64,000 nt of DNA from positions 48,608,001 through 48,672,000 of the forward strand of contig OX597833.1 in the NCBI GenBank assembly GCA_951406725.2, written 5' to 3'. The position numbers were made by a program, and so were the translations under genes. The notes under the pieces were generated by a model that saw nothing but the letters and a program-made list of their open reading frames with translations, had not been told where the DNA came from and made no database searches. Within the stretch, counting starts at the first letter, position 1. Each line of letters opens with the position of its first letter. Below, one piece after another: positions 56,401 to 63,642 of this stretch. This DNA comes from Octopus vulgaris (Eukaryota).

Positions 56401-59400
56401 GGGCACATAAATAAATAAAGTGAGCTGGTAGAACCGTTAGCTTGCCAGACAAAATGCTGCTAGCCGAGGTCGACTTTGCCTTTCATCCTTTCGAGGTCGA
56501 TTTAAATAAGTACCAGTTACGCACTGGGGTCGATGTAATCGACTTAATCCCCTTGTCCGTCCTTGTTTGTCCCCTCTATGTTTAGCCCCTTGTGGGTAGT
56601 AAAGAAATAGGTATTTCATTTGTCTTTACGTTCTGAGTTCAAATTCTGCATTTTGTTTGTCTTTACATTCTGAACTCAAATTCTGTTGAGGTCATATTTA
56701 CCTTTCATCGTTTTGGGGTCAATAAAATAAGTACAAGTCAAGTCAATGTAATCAGCTTCCCCTCCCTTCAAAACCTACTGTTGCTGTGCCAACACACTTA
56801 CTTGATACTTTAACCCTTTCTTTCATTACCGTATTTATTTTGAGATGCTCCATATTTCTTTCAATTACTTCGAATATAACAAAGAATTTAGTAAAATAAC
56901 TTAGTTACCATTAAGCTAGTGTTAGGAACATAAATTCTGACTCAGGTTTGGTGGAAGATTTTAATTCAAAACTTATAAAAATAAGACATTTGTACTACAG
57001 AGCCAGACCCGGTTTCAGCCGGGTTGGTAACGAAAGGGTTAAAGGTGGCAAGGTGACAGATGAAATACCACTAAGCATTTTGCCCGGCGTGCTAACGTTT
57101 CTGCCAGCTTGCCGCCTTCACCATTCTGTCATCTAGCTTTCCACCACAATATTAGTATTAGTTATCACCGCACCAGAACCTATCACCTACTGTCATCATC
57201 AGTGTCACCACCAGTTTTCAGTGTTGTTCAACACCGGTATCTCTTTGTCGGTCTACATCTCATACTGGTTTCGGTATCTTTAATCTATATTCGCTCTACA
57301 TGACAATCATCATCATCGTCATCGTCTTCGTCTTCATCATCATCATCATCATCATCATCATTGTTATTATTTCTGGAATGAGATGGTTGGATGCTGATGT
57401 TTTGGCGTAGCTGGACTGGACATTCAGCCTGTTTTGGCAATGGTACTTTATGGCACTTGGGGCAAACACACAAGCACACACACACGCACACACACACACA
57501 CACACTCTCTCTCTCTCATACATATATACACACACACACATGCCTGTGTGTACACAGAAATATACGCATAAAGGTAATGAGAGAGAGAAGAGAGAGAGAG
57601 GGAGTGAGAGGAGAGAGAAAGAGAAGAGAGAGGGAGAGAGAAAGAGAGAGAGGGAGGGAAGGAAGAGGAGAGAGAGAAAGAAAGGAGAGTGAAGAGCAAG
57701 AGACACTACAGTTTATTAATCAAACACTGTTGTCATAAACCCTTTCCTGCTCTACACACACATAGAGAAATAGGCTCACTCACATCAACACAGAGAAAGA
57801 TAGAAGGGGAATGAGAGGAAAGGAGAGGAAGGGTGAGAGAAGGAGAGAGAGTGAGAGGTAGATAACAAGAGAAAAACATGAGTGAAATATTGAAATGTCT
57901 GATGTCTCGGAAGCCAGTGTCGAATCAGTGATACCAAAAAAGCAGTGCTGAGGTGCCAAAACATCTCACACCCATCATTTTACAGGTACTTTCTATGTTG
58001 GTAGATTTGGTTGGGTGGGTTGTAGTAACCTGAGTCACATCTTATCTGAATTTACTACTCTCTTATATCACTGATCATATCTCATTCATGCATGTCATTT
58101 TTGGCTCGGTTTCTATTACTGGATCATGTGACCGACAAGGCCAGGGCTGGCCAACCTGGGGCCCTGTAGACTTTTATTTTGTGGCCTGCTTGATACTTTC
58201 TTGAAATGGATTTATTTAAAGAAAACATTTAAAAAATTTTATCAAAAATTTGTGATTGTAATGGAAAGTAAAAAAGAAAGATACTAATAGGCGTAGGAGT
58301 GGCTGTGTGGTAAGTAGCTTGCTTACGAACCACATGGTTCCGGGTTCAGTCCCACTGCATGGCACCTTGGGCAAGTGTCTTCTACTATAGCCTCAGGCCG
58401 ACCAAAGCCTTGTGAGTGGATTTGATAGACGGAAACTGAAAGAAGCCCGTTGTATATATGTATATGTATATATATATGTGTGTGTGTGTGCGTGTGTGTG
58501 TGTATGTGTTTGTGTGTCTGTATTTGTTCCCTACAACATCGCTTGACAACCAATGCTGGTGTGTTTACGTCCCTGTAACTTAGCGGTTTGGCAAAAGAGA
58601 TTGATAGAATAAGTACTAGGCTTACAAAGAATAAGTCCTGGGGTTGATTTGCTCGACTAAAGGTGGTGCTCCAGCATGGCCACAGTCAAATGAATGAAAT
58701 GAGTAAAAGAGTACTGTTTTTGCAACGATAATATTTCATGATGAATCAATGATCATTCATTCATTATTGTAATAATAGCACGAGAAAGTAAAATTCTCAT
58801 TTCAATTCTGTCAGTATACAAGTGGCCCTCAAAAAGCCTTCTGTGATTAAAGTGACTGCAGTGTAATTTGAGTTGGCCAGGCCTGGACTAGGCTGTCACA
58901 TGTTGTTACACATCACCGGTCACAATACACTTTGCATCATTTTAGCCTTTGAATGGTGTCATCCCTCTGTCTAGGTGAGCTGGCCAACATTCCCTCCTGA
59001 TTGAAAGGGGGCACTGGAGCAGTGTCAAATGCAGTGTTCTGCTTGAGAACACAATGCACTGCCTTGCCTAGGAATCGAACTCACCATCTAGTGATCATGA
59101 GTGCAAAAGCCCAACCACTAGGCCACGTACGTTCACCTACGACTGGATGTCCTTCCTAATACCAATCACTTTACTGAGTACTGAGTTTCCTTCTCCCTCC
59201 ACCCCCACTTCCCTCACATACCTACCTGTACACAATATGTTCCTGTTGAATCTAATCTCCCCCCAATACCCTCTCTCCCTCTACCCACTCATTACACATT
59301 CCTCCCTCCATCTACCACACTCAACTCTCCTTTTGCAATCTTGTGAACTCTCTCCAATCCCCAGCCATCATCGCCATCTTCTCTCTCATTCTCCCTCTCT

Positions 59401-61555
59401 TCTTCCTCTTTTCCCCCCTCTCTCCCTTGTTTTTCTCTTCCTCTCTTACTTCTCTCCTACCTCTATGTCCTAGTAAGTAATCTTTTGCGGGTAGTGCTGT
59501 CATGTGATTTATTGGTGATCAGATGGCTGGCTAGTTTTCTGCAGTTAGCTAGTTTTCTGCAAAAGAGACCAATAGAATAAGTACTAGGCTTACAAAGAAT
59601 AAGTCCTGGGGTCGATTTGCTCGACTAAAGGCGGTACTCCAGCATGGCCACAGTCAAATGACTGAAACAAGTAAAAGAGTAAAATAGTGCTGTTTTTGCA
59701 ACGATAATATTTCATAATGAATCTAGGTGAGCTGGCCAATATTCCCCCCTGATTGAAAGGGGGCACTTGAGCAGTGTGAAATGCAGTGTCCTGCTTGAGA
59801 ACACAATGAACTCACCATCTAGTGATCATGAGTGCAAAAGTCCAACCACCAGGCCACGTACCTTCACTTAGGACTGGATGAATTTTGCTTTCTCATGCTT
59901 TTATTACAGACTACCGGAACCTTGATACCTTCCCATTCCTCAAACTATTGGCATTGTATCAAAACTATTGGCATTGTTTCTCCATAGAAAGCATCATAGT
60001 CCTAGCATTCGTCATCGCGATAAGAGGGCCTCAAAGAAACATCTGCCAGTTTTTATTGTGGTATGCATGCAGAGATAAAAGGCGGCGAGCTGGCAGAAAT
60101 GTTAGCACGCTGGGCGAAATGCGTAGCCGTATTTCGTCTGCCGTTAAGTTCTGAGTTCAAATTCCGCCGAGGTCGACTTTGCCTTTCATCCTTTCGGGGT
60201 CAATAAATTAAATACCAGTTACGCACTGGGGTCGATATAATCGACTTAATCCATTTGTCTGTCCTTGTTTGTCCTCTCTGTGTTTAGCCTCTTGTGGGTA
60301 GTAAAGAAATAGGTATTTCGTCTGCCGTTAAGTTCTGGTGTTCAAATTCCGCCGAGGTTGACTTTGCCTTTCATCCTTTCGGGGTCGATAAATTAAGTAC
60401 CAGTTCTGCACTGGGGTCGATATAATCAAGTTAATCCGTTTGTCCTTGTTTGTCCTCTCTGTGTTTAGCCCCTTGTGGGTAGTAAAGAAATAGGTATGCA
60501 TGCAGAGATAAATGTCACCATTGCAATAAAATAATTAAGCTTAATTAAGTTTAATCACCCCTCATGCACTCCGACTACTTTGATTATCTATCTACCCATT
60601 TCTCTTCCAAAAATATGCCTTCTACATCGACCCCATTAATGCTGCCTACCCAAAAGACTTTACACCTGTGTTCCTTGCTTATGATTAGTCTGGTAGAGAT
60701 CCTCTCTATTTACTCCTGTACACAGCGCACGTTTACCCCTCACTGCTCAGTCATTTCTACAATCCCTCTTAATCATCCTTTCATTGTGCCAATATTGATG
60801 ATAGTAGCTTAAAGTTTTGAGCCTGACAAGAAGAGAGGTGGGATTTCTAATGGTGAGTAGATAACTTGGTGTACAACATATGACCTAACTCTAATATTAT
60901 GGGATCTTTTCGGTTTGAACGGTAGTTTCTTCTAGCAGTGTCATATGAAATTGTCACCCATAATTATGACCCTAGTATTGATCTATTGCATTTCAATCTG
61001 TTTTAGAGTTAGGGTTGGTTAGGGTTAGGGGTGGGAGGAAGGGTATGTTTTTTTCTTCAGAAATGTAAATAAACCCAATCTGTTTCTTAAATGAGGGACA
61101 TATTCAGACAGCACAGAGTGTTTTTTTTTACCTCAATGGACATCAGTGATTGGTTGAAATTGCAGAAATTGAAGAAAAAAACAACAAATATCTTACAAAC
61201 TATAGAATTTTCTCAATAAAGCCAAGAGAAAAAGATGTTTTATAAACACATTCTACCAGTATATGAAGTTTAAATTTTTTAGTTACCTAGAAATTATGTT
61301 AAAAACTGCCGATCAAACCGAAAAGATCCCATATATTATGTTGTCTTTCATAACGAAGCTGCAGTTTATCTATGTTGAGGCTTTACTGCTTTTCTCTAAA
61401 ATGTTCAACATTTTAATTTTTCTGCAGACTTTAGTTGATGACTACGACTCTTGTAAGTCTAAAATGACAGCTGCTTCCGAGTTGATTTCTGGTCTAGCCG
61501 GAGAAAAAGAACGATGGACAGAGCAGAGTAAAGAATTCAATGAACAAATTGGAAG
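2959..61555 (+). CDS. DNAH5: Axonemal outer-arm dynein heavy chain (DNAH5/DNAH8 clade), internal part, 16 exons in window
   Basis: Spliced translation is continuous with compatible phases. Contains AAA3 P-loop [30 protein letters not shown]4 [43 protein letters not shown] and [12 protein letters not shown], collinear with DNAH5/8 as recalled. DNAH5 vs DNAH8 not resolvable by eye. Confidence 0.93.
4222..4499 (+). CDS. DNAH5: Dynein exon 2 (AAA3 Walker A)
   Basis: ttttcag acceptor, WVHW...[11 protein letters not shown]...GEQGTAKT...[12 protein letters not shown], gtatct donor, phase 1/0. Confidence 0.95.
4599..5886 (+). mobile_element. SINE family A (head GGTGCAGGAGTGGCTGTGTGG) interrupted by an RTE 3' end (4783-5650)
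   Basis: Head 4599-4782 and tail 5651-5886 join to match intact copies. The insert carries ~60-bp subrepeats and ends in (GAT)n. Confidence 0.85.
5915..6306 (-). mobile_element. SINE family A
   Basis: Reverse complement of family A, tail-to-tail with the previous copy. Confidence 0.85.
6603..6985 (-). mobile_element. RTE LINE 3' end, degraded
   Basis: (CAT)n then gtttaatgtccg...ctggatgcccttcctaacgcc, directly after (TA)n. Confidence 0.7.
7002..7038 (-). ncRNA. Minimal type-I hammerhead-like motif with U3-A8 core, in a family E copy (6992-7215)
   Basis: Minus strand reads cta-UUGAAAA-g-guugc(aagac)gcaau-GAAA-au-UU-uag. Confidence 0.55.
8700..8999 (+). mobile_element. SINE family F
   Basis: tggcctagtgg and tttcgattcc boxes, full body, imperfect flanking repeat tctactatRagc. 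Confidence 0.8.
9461..9500 (+). ncRNA. Minimal type-I hammerhead ribozyme motif
   Basis: ttg-CUGAAGA-g-gucaca(ggug)ugugac-GAAA-gauu-UC-cag. 6-bp stem II, weak stem I. Confidence 0.6.
9604..10080 (-). mobile_element. RTE LINE 3' end
   Basis: ttccatgctagcatgggttg...ggatgcccttcctaa plus gtgccaccggcac-type subrepeats. Confidence 0.8.
10195..10507. repeat. (CTA/CTG/CCA)n compound trinucleotide microsatellite
   Basis: Direct reading; source of the poly-S, poly-L and poly-V ORFs. Confidence 0.95.
10626..10841 (+). CDS. DNAH5: Dynein exon 3 (AAA3 Walker B)
   Basis: ttgcag acceptor, [10 protein letters not shown]...[14 protein letters not shown]...DIQ, gttatt donor, 216 nt. Confidence 0.95.
11540..11770 (+). 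CDS. DNAH5: Dynein exon 4
   Basis: gcttag acceptor, [23 protein letters not shown]...LWQLTK, gtatgt donor, 231 nt. Confidence 0.95.
12530..12925 (-). mobile_element. Penelope-like element relic (GIY-YIG endonuclease, with stops)
   Basis: VYKAKV...[20 protein letters not shown]...TSLARYI*, continuing to WRIQ...[10 protein letters not shown]...[13 protein letters not shown], the layout of a PLE endonuclease C-terminus. Confidence 0.75.
12925..13070 (+). mobile_element. RTE-clade LINE C-terminal fragment (second family)
   Basis: [13 protein letters not shown]...[10 protein letters not shown] motif typical of RTE ORF ends. Confidence 0.6.
13312..13475 (+). CDS. DNAH5: Dynein exon 5 (absent from ORF track)
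   Basis: aaacag acceptor, [26 protein letters not shown]...[13 protein letters not shown], gtaaga donor, phase 0/2. Confidence 0.95.
14540..15165. repeat. (CT)n/(TA)n/(CA)n compound microsatellite
   Basis: Direct reading. Confidence 0.95.
15232..15851 (-). mobile_element. SINE family A with extra sequence in its internal microsatellite
   Basis: Tail 15232-15440 and head 15680-15851 in reverse orientation. Confidence 0.8.
15905..16425 (-). mobile_element. CR1-like LINE 3' relic
   Basis: Frameshifted motifs [44 protein letters not shown]. Confidence 0.55.
16931..17053 (+). CDS. DNAH5: Dynein exon 6 (absent from ORF track)
   Basis: gtctag acceptor, [12 protein letters not shown]...YFTDFLR, gtatct donor, phase 2/2. 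Confidence 0.9.
17200..17345 (-). mobile_element. Mariner transposase C-terminal relic
   Basis: [15 protein letters not shown]...[18 protein letters not shown]. Confidence 0.7.
17473..17904 (-). mobile_element. Solo LTR (Gypsy-type, 4-bp TSD)
   Basis: GC-rich 432-bp island with TGTA...TACA ends, GTAC on both sides (17469-17472, 17905-17908), AATAAA on minus strand near 17592. Confidence 0.75.
18318..18560. repeat. AT-rich interspersed repeat embedded in (TA)n
   Basis: Alignable to 36625-36878; one end also matches 3548-3630 inverted. Confidence 0.7.
19887..19922 (+). ncRNA. Minimal type-I hammerhead-like motif (A6U core) in a short element ~19823-20015
   Basis: cuuu-CUGUAGA-a-gagc(auag)gcuc-GAAA-cg-UA-aaag. 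Stems I and II perfect. Confidence 0.6.
20206..20522 (-). mobile_element. Mariner 3' end relic
   Basis: [28 protein letters not shown] motif and a TA-flanked ttgggtcatc terminus. Confidence 0.75.
21247..21635. mobile_element. Palindromic MITE (Tc1/mariner type, TA TSD)
   Basis: About 185-bp inverted arms, cagagatgtacttgcatagcaagtgac...gtcacttgctatgcaagtacatctctg, TA on both sides. Confidence 0.9.
22262..22820 (+). mobile_element. Non-autonomous mariner deletion derivative, copy 1
   Basis: TIR ttgggttgtccggaaagttc, TA flanks, transposase start fused to [10 protein letters not shown]...FHLFRSLQN. Confidence 0.9.
23150..23504 (-). mobile_element. SINE family C, full length
   Basis: Head RYgctcagtggttagagcg and B box on minus strand; flanking repeat ttttcatgcct. 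Confidence 0.8.
23786..24194 (+). mobile_element. SINE family A, full length
   Basis: Head, internal (TA)/(TG) tract, gtaaaagag tail. Confidence 0.9.
24325..25060 (+). mobile_element. RTE LINE 5'-truncated copy
   Basis: [12 protein letters not shown]...[13 protein letters not shown] nearly identical to the 49294 ORF, then 3' UTR and (GAT)n. Confidence 0.9.
25435..25792 (+). mobile_element. CR1-like LINE 3' end with (ATT)n tail
   Basis: [11 protein letters not shown]...[17 protein letters not shown]; related copy at 37989-38437 on minus strand. Confidence 0.75.
26051..26334 (+). mobile_element. SINE family A, 3'-truncated
   Basis: Head and part of tail. Confidence 0.8.
27096..27511 (+). mobile_element. 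SINE family A, full length
   Basis: As for 23786. Confidence 0.9.
27985..28730 (+). mobile_element. Probable LINE 3' end (L1/Tx1-like) with AATAAA and (ATT)n tail
   Basis: 120-aa ORF ending KEVVQWIW...ERWV, then UTR, aataaa near 28601 and microsatellite tail. Clade uncertain. Confidence 0.4.
29087..30416 (-). mobile_element. Mariner relic with both TIRs, interrupted by a SINE B dimer
   Basis: Imperfect TIRs aaggtggattccagaagttt / aaacttatggaatgcaccatg, TA flanks, [10 protein letters not shown] and SPDLVP/CDFWLF motifs. Confidence 0.75.
29749..30146 (+). mobile_element. SINE family B dimer with 13-bp TSD
   Basis: agtttagcacaga at 29735-29747 and 30147-30159. Confidence 0.9.
30436..30505 (+). 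CDS. DNAH5: Dynein exon 7 (70 nt, after a 13.4-kb intron)
   Basis: ttctacag acceptor, [23 protein letters not shown], gtaagt donor, phase 2/0. Confidence 0.92.
31071..31498 (+). mobile_element. SINE family A, full length, ending ~30 nt before exon 8
   Basis: As for 23786. Confidence 0.9.
31529..31782 (+). CDS. DNAH5: Dynein exon 8 (AAA4 Walker A)
   Basis: ttacag acceptor, IESFDQL...MDLVFFEDA...[20 protein letters not shown]...FQITLSR, gttggt donor. Confidence 0.96.
31980..32332 (+). mobile_element. RTE LINE 3' end
   Basis: ggaagggcatccagctgtagaaac...gttaaacgatgac tail. Confidence 0.8.
32511..33066 (+). mobile_element. Non-autonomous mariner deletion derivative, copy 2
   Basis: Both TIRs, TA flanks, [16 protein letters not shown]; same internal deletion as 22262. 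Confidence 0.92.
33105..33322. mobile_element. piggyBac-like MITE, degraded
   Basis: ccctttagcat...atgctaaaggg ends; an interrupted inverted relative spans ~25062-25861. Confidence 0.55.
33992..34145 (+). CDS. DNAH5: Dynein exon 9
   Basis: ttgcag acceptor, [12 protein letters not shown]...[25 protein letters not shown], gtaagt donor. Confidence 0.95.
34180..34498. mobile_element. Fold-back mini-element family E with 11-bp TSD
   Basis: acatccttgtt at 34169-34179 and 34499-34509; ~130-bp inverted arm. Confidence 0.85.
34706..35030 (-). mobile_element. SINE family C
   Basis: Alignable to 23150-23504. Confidence 0.8.
35678..35980 (-). mobile_element. RTE LINE 3' end
   Basis: (CAT)n tail plus UTR, next to (TA)n. 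Confidence 0.8.
36120..36284 (+). CDS. DNAH5: Dynein exon 10
   Basis: caacag acceptor, [13 protein letters not shown]...[14 protein letters not shown], gtcagt donor. Confidence 0.95.
36954..37988 (-). mobile_element. Mariner transposase pseudogene (frameshifted), one TIR
   Basis: [40 protein letters not shown]; TA-ttaggttggcaactaagt terminus. Confidence 0.88.
37989..38437 (-). mobile_element. CR1-like LINE 3' end
   Basis: Homologous to 25435-25792. Confidence 0.75.
38976..39378 (+). mobile_element. SINE family A, full length
   Basis: As for 23786. Confidence 0.9.
39672..40040. repeat. (CA)n-rich microsatellite
   Basis: Direct reading. Confidence 0.95.
40714..40940 (+). CDS. DNAH5: Dynein exon 11
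   Basis: atttag acceptor, [36 protein letters not shown]...EYFHR, gtaact donor. Confidence 0.95.
40875..41535 (+). repeat. Tandem duplication of exon 11 3' end plus intron start
   Basis: Unit 40875-41185 repeated at 41186-41535, gct microhomology at the junctions. Confidence 0.93.
41949..42159. mobile_element. piggyBac-type MITE (TTAA TSD)
   Basis: ttaa-ccctttcgttac...gtaacaaaaggg-ttaa. Confidence 0.88.
42561..42925 (+). mobile_element. SINE family A, 5'-truncated
   Basis: Alignable to intact copies. Confidence 0.85.
43160..43200 (-). ncRNA. Minimal type-I hammerhead ribozyme motif
   Basis: Minus strand reads ccaga-CUGAUGA-ugag(aaaaga)cuga-GAAA-cuag-UC-ucugg. Canonical core, GUC site, palindromic stem III ACUAGU, one mismatch in stem II. 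Confidence 0.75.
43648..43766 (+). CDS. DNAH5: Dynein exon 12 (absent from ORF track)
   Basis: taacag acceptor, [20 protein letters not shown]...RMNTG, gtaagt donor. Confidence 0.95.
43840..44244 (+). mobile_element. SINE family A, near full length
   Basis: As for 23786. Confidence 0.9.
44283..44730 (-). mobile_element. RTE LINE 3' end
   Basis: (CAT)n tail plus UTR subrepeats. Confidence 0.8.
45349..45634 (+). mobile_element. Probable R4/Dong-like non-LTR 3' fragment inside (AAT)n
   Basis: [18 protein letters not shown] resembles the C-terminus of restriction-like-endonuclease non-LTR elements; (AAT)n on both sides. Confidence 0.55.
45731..45776 (+). ncRNA. Minimal type-I hammerhead ribozyme motif
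   Basis: gacac-CUGAUGA-a-ggcug(gaggguauau)cagcc-GAAA-ua-UU-guguu. Confidence 0.72.
47740..48188 (+). mobile_element. RTE LINE 3' end
   Basis: UTR subrepeats plus (GAT)n. Confidence 0.8.
48635..48800 (+). mobile_element. Short RTE 3' end inside (TA)n
   Basis: cactcacggagtgg...(GAT)n with TA repeats on both sides. Confidence 0.8.
49053..50676 (-). mobile_element. RTE-clade LINE, 5'-truncated, open RT frame 49294-50676 with internal PHD finger
   Basis: [59 protein letters not shown]; 3' UTR and (GAT)n tail; (TA)n on both flanks. Confidence 0.95.
50688..50958 (-). mobile_element. SINE family F with internal deletion
   Basis: Alignable to 8700 and 63340. Confidence 0.8.
51452..51903 (+). CDS. 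DNAH5: Dynein exon 13 (stalk CC1 and start of MTBD)
   Basis: ttatag acceptor, GLEKLIEAS...[10 protein letters not shown]...[13 protein letters not shown]...PSWGETLK, gtactg donor. Confidence 0.95.
52067..52286. mobile_element. piggyBac-type MITE (TTAA TSD), copy 2
   Basis: ttaa-cccttttgttac...gtaacaaaaggg-ttaa. Confidence 0.88.
54342..54557 (+). CDS. DNAH5: Dynein exon 14 (MTBD)
   Basis: AAG acceptor after a long pyrimidine tract, FPKDSIN...[15 protein letters not shown]...KEVLPLK, gttagt donor. Confidence 0.94.
54843..54926 (-). ncRNA. Degenerate type-I hammerhead-like motif with long stem II insert
   Basis: Minus strand reads gacc-CUAAUGA-a-gcugca...ugcagu-g-GAAA-caugug-UA-gguc. G5A change, probably inactive. 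Confidence 0.5.
55108..55245 (+). CDS. DNAH5: Dynein exon 15 (stalk CC2; absent from ORF track)
   Basis: ttacag acceptor, [10 protein letters not shown]...YDRAMVEKQ, gtgagg donor, 138 nt. Confidence 0.92.
55525..55937 (-). mobile_element. SINE family B dimer
   Basis: Two bodies joined at gacgaaatacctatttcttt (55697-55714). Confidence 0.85.
56099..56418 (+). mobile_element. SINE family F with 13-bp TSD, inserted in a family B head
   Basis: agtgagctggtag at 56086-56098 and 56419-56431. Confidence 0.88.
56814..57038. mobile_element. piggyBac-type MITE (TTAA TSD), copy 3, inverted
   Basis: ttaa-ccctttc...gtaacgaaaggg-ttaa. Confidence 0.85.
58142..58885. mobile_element. hAT-type MITE carrying a SINE A insertion (58290-58712)
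   Basis: TIR cagggctggccaac / gttggccaggcctg; 8-bp flanks gacaaggc and gactaggc (7/8 match). Confidence 0.7.
60081..60492 (+). mobile_element. SINE family B dimer with 20-bp TSD
   Basis: ggtatgcatgcagagataaa at 60060-60079 and 60493-60512. Confidence 0.92.
60900..61331. mobile_element. MITE with ~30-bp TIRs, TA flanks and internal TTAGGG-like repeats
   Basis: tgggatcttttcggtttgaacgg...ccgatcaaaccgaaaagatccca. Confidence 0.85.
61428..61555 (+). CDS. DNAH5: Dynein exon 16 (stalk CC2)
   Basis: ctgcag acceptor, [13 protein letters not shown]...[16 protein letters not shown], gtttga donor. Confidence 0.94.
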
Positions 61556-61590
61556 GTTTGAAATATTTATTAATAATAGCATTAATTCTC

Positions 61591-61630
<40 letters not shown>

Positions 61631-62029
61631 TCTTTCTTTATCACACAAAGACACACATGTACTTTCATTGATATTTAATTATATTTTCTGTCATCCAACT
61701 ATGCATATATTGAGAGCCAGCAATTGGAAATTATCTGGGGCCATCAAGGCTATCCACTAAGATCTGGGTTTTCATAAAATAAGCACCAAACCCTTTCAAA
61801 CAAATATATCAACCCCTTATGACTGTTGGCTTATTTCCCTGTAAGAAACTACTATTTTAAAATAAGATTATTTATTGCACAAAAAGAAGTCCTTGGCAAA
61901 CAATCATTTCTTAGATTTCAAGTCTAATTTAAATTGGTTTTTTTTCTCTTTCTAACTCAAATAGGCCTCAGTGAATAAGGCCTGAATGTTAGTAATCAGG
62001 GCAGTTGATCTAATGATAATGTTACATGG

Positions 62030-62665
62030 GTGCACACCCACACATACATACACGTGCACACACACACATACACGTGCACACACACACATACACGTGCACA
62101 CACACACACCTGTGCACATGTGCATACACACTCACACACACATGCCTGTGCATGCATGCATATACACCCACACACATGCATACACACACACACATACACA
62201 CTCACACACACACCTGAGCATGCATGTGTGCATACACACACACCTGTGCACATGTGCATACACACTCACACACACACACCTGTGCACATGTGCATACACA
62301 CTCACACACACATGCCTGTGCATGCGTGCATATACACCCACCCACAGACATGCATACACACACACACATACACACTCACACACACATACCTGAGCATGTG
62401 TGCATACACACACACCTGTGCACATGTGCATACATACTCACACACACACATGCCTGTGCATGTGTGCATACACACCCACCCACACACACACGCACATACA
62501 CACACACACCTGAGCATGTGTGCATACACACTCTCTCTCACACACACACATACCTGTGCACATGTGCATACACACTCACACACACACACCTGTGCATGCA
62601 TGCATACACACCTACCCACACTCACACACACACACATATACACACACACACATGTACACACACAG
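62030..62665. repeat. CA-rich minisatellite (about 32-bp cacacctgtgcacatgtgcatacacact units)
   Basis: Direct reading. Confidence 0.9.
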
Positions 62666-63339
62666 AGAACACCAAGTATTTACAAGCTAACAGTCATATA
62701 GATTAGCAAAGTGTTCACCTTCACAATCACAATCATATCATCTCTCACTAAAATAAATATATACATTGTAATACACACAAACTCATACACAATTGTATTC
62801 CCAAAACTCCATACATATTCACACAAGCTTATGAGACAATGAAAGAGTTGTTATATGATTGATTGATCAGCCAAATTACCTGTATTTGCATGCTGGAAAA
62901 ACCTATGATTAAAGGTATGCCAAACCTCCAGAAAGATCTGGTCTGCTTTTAATCATAAACCTGCTTGAGCAGGGCTGACCTAAATGAATCATACACCAGA
63001 AATTATAACTGTTGTGACAACTTTAGATAGGTCCAACCACAACAAAGACCCTTAGATTGAGGTTTTAGATTGAGGGCAGACAACAGATTTAACCATTACA
63101 GGGATATTAATACCATCAGCCCAAAACTAAGGAATTTTTTCTTTGGATCCCCACCCAAATTTCAACAAGGATGGGATGAAATACCAAATGATGTCCAGGG
63201 ATTTTGTAAAAAACTGTGAATAACAGAATTGTTTGATAAAGAAATTAATGATAGTAAAAGCAGCTACAGTCTGGCAAAGGTTAGAAACCAAACAATGAAC
63301 AAATTTTGAGATTTTTGTAACGCTTTCTAATGATTTGTT

Positions 63340-63642
63340 TTATTTATTTATGCACCCTTTTCAAGCCTAGCCAGGCTCATGGGCCCGGTTTTTCCAGTTT
63401 CTATGGCGTATGTGTTCCCCGCTGCTGGACGGGATGCCAGTCCACTGCAGCGTTTCTCAAGAAACAGGAAGAGAAAGTTGGGCGAAAGAGTACAACAGGG
63501 GTCGATACAACCCCCACTGGAGCCTCGTGGAGTTTTAGGTGTTTTCACTCAATAAACACACACAACGCCCAGTCTGGGAATCGAAACCGCGATCCTCCGA
63601 CCGTGAGTCTGCTGCCCTAACCACTGGGCCATTGCGCCTCCG
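63340..63642 (-). mobile_element. SINE family F
   Basis: Full-length reverse copy. Confidence 0.85.

Noticed and set aside
61263-61427. ORF extension upstream of exon 16 (and similar extensions around other exons)
   Set aside because: Lies in MITE or intron sequence; dynein similarity starts only after the acceptor.
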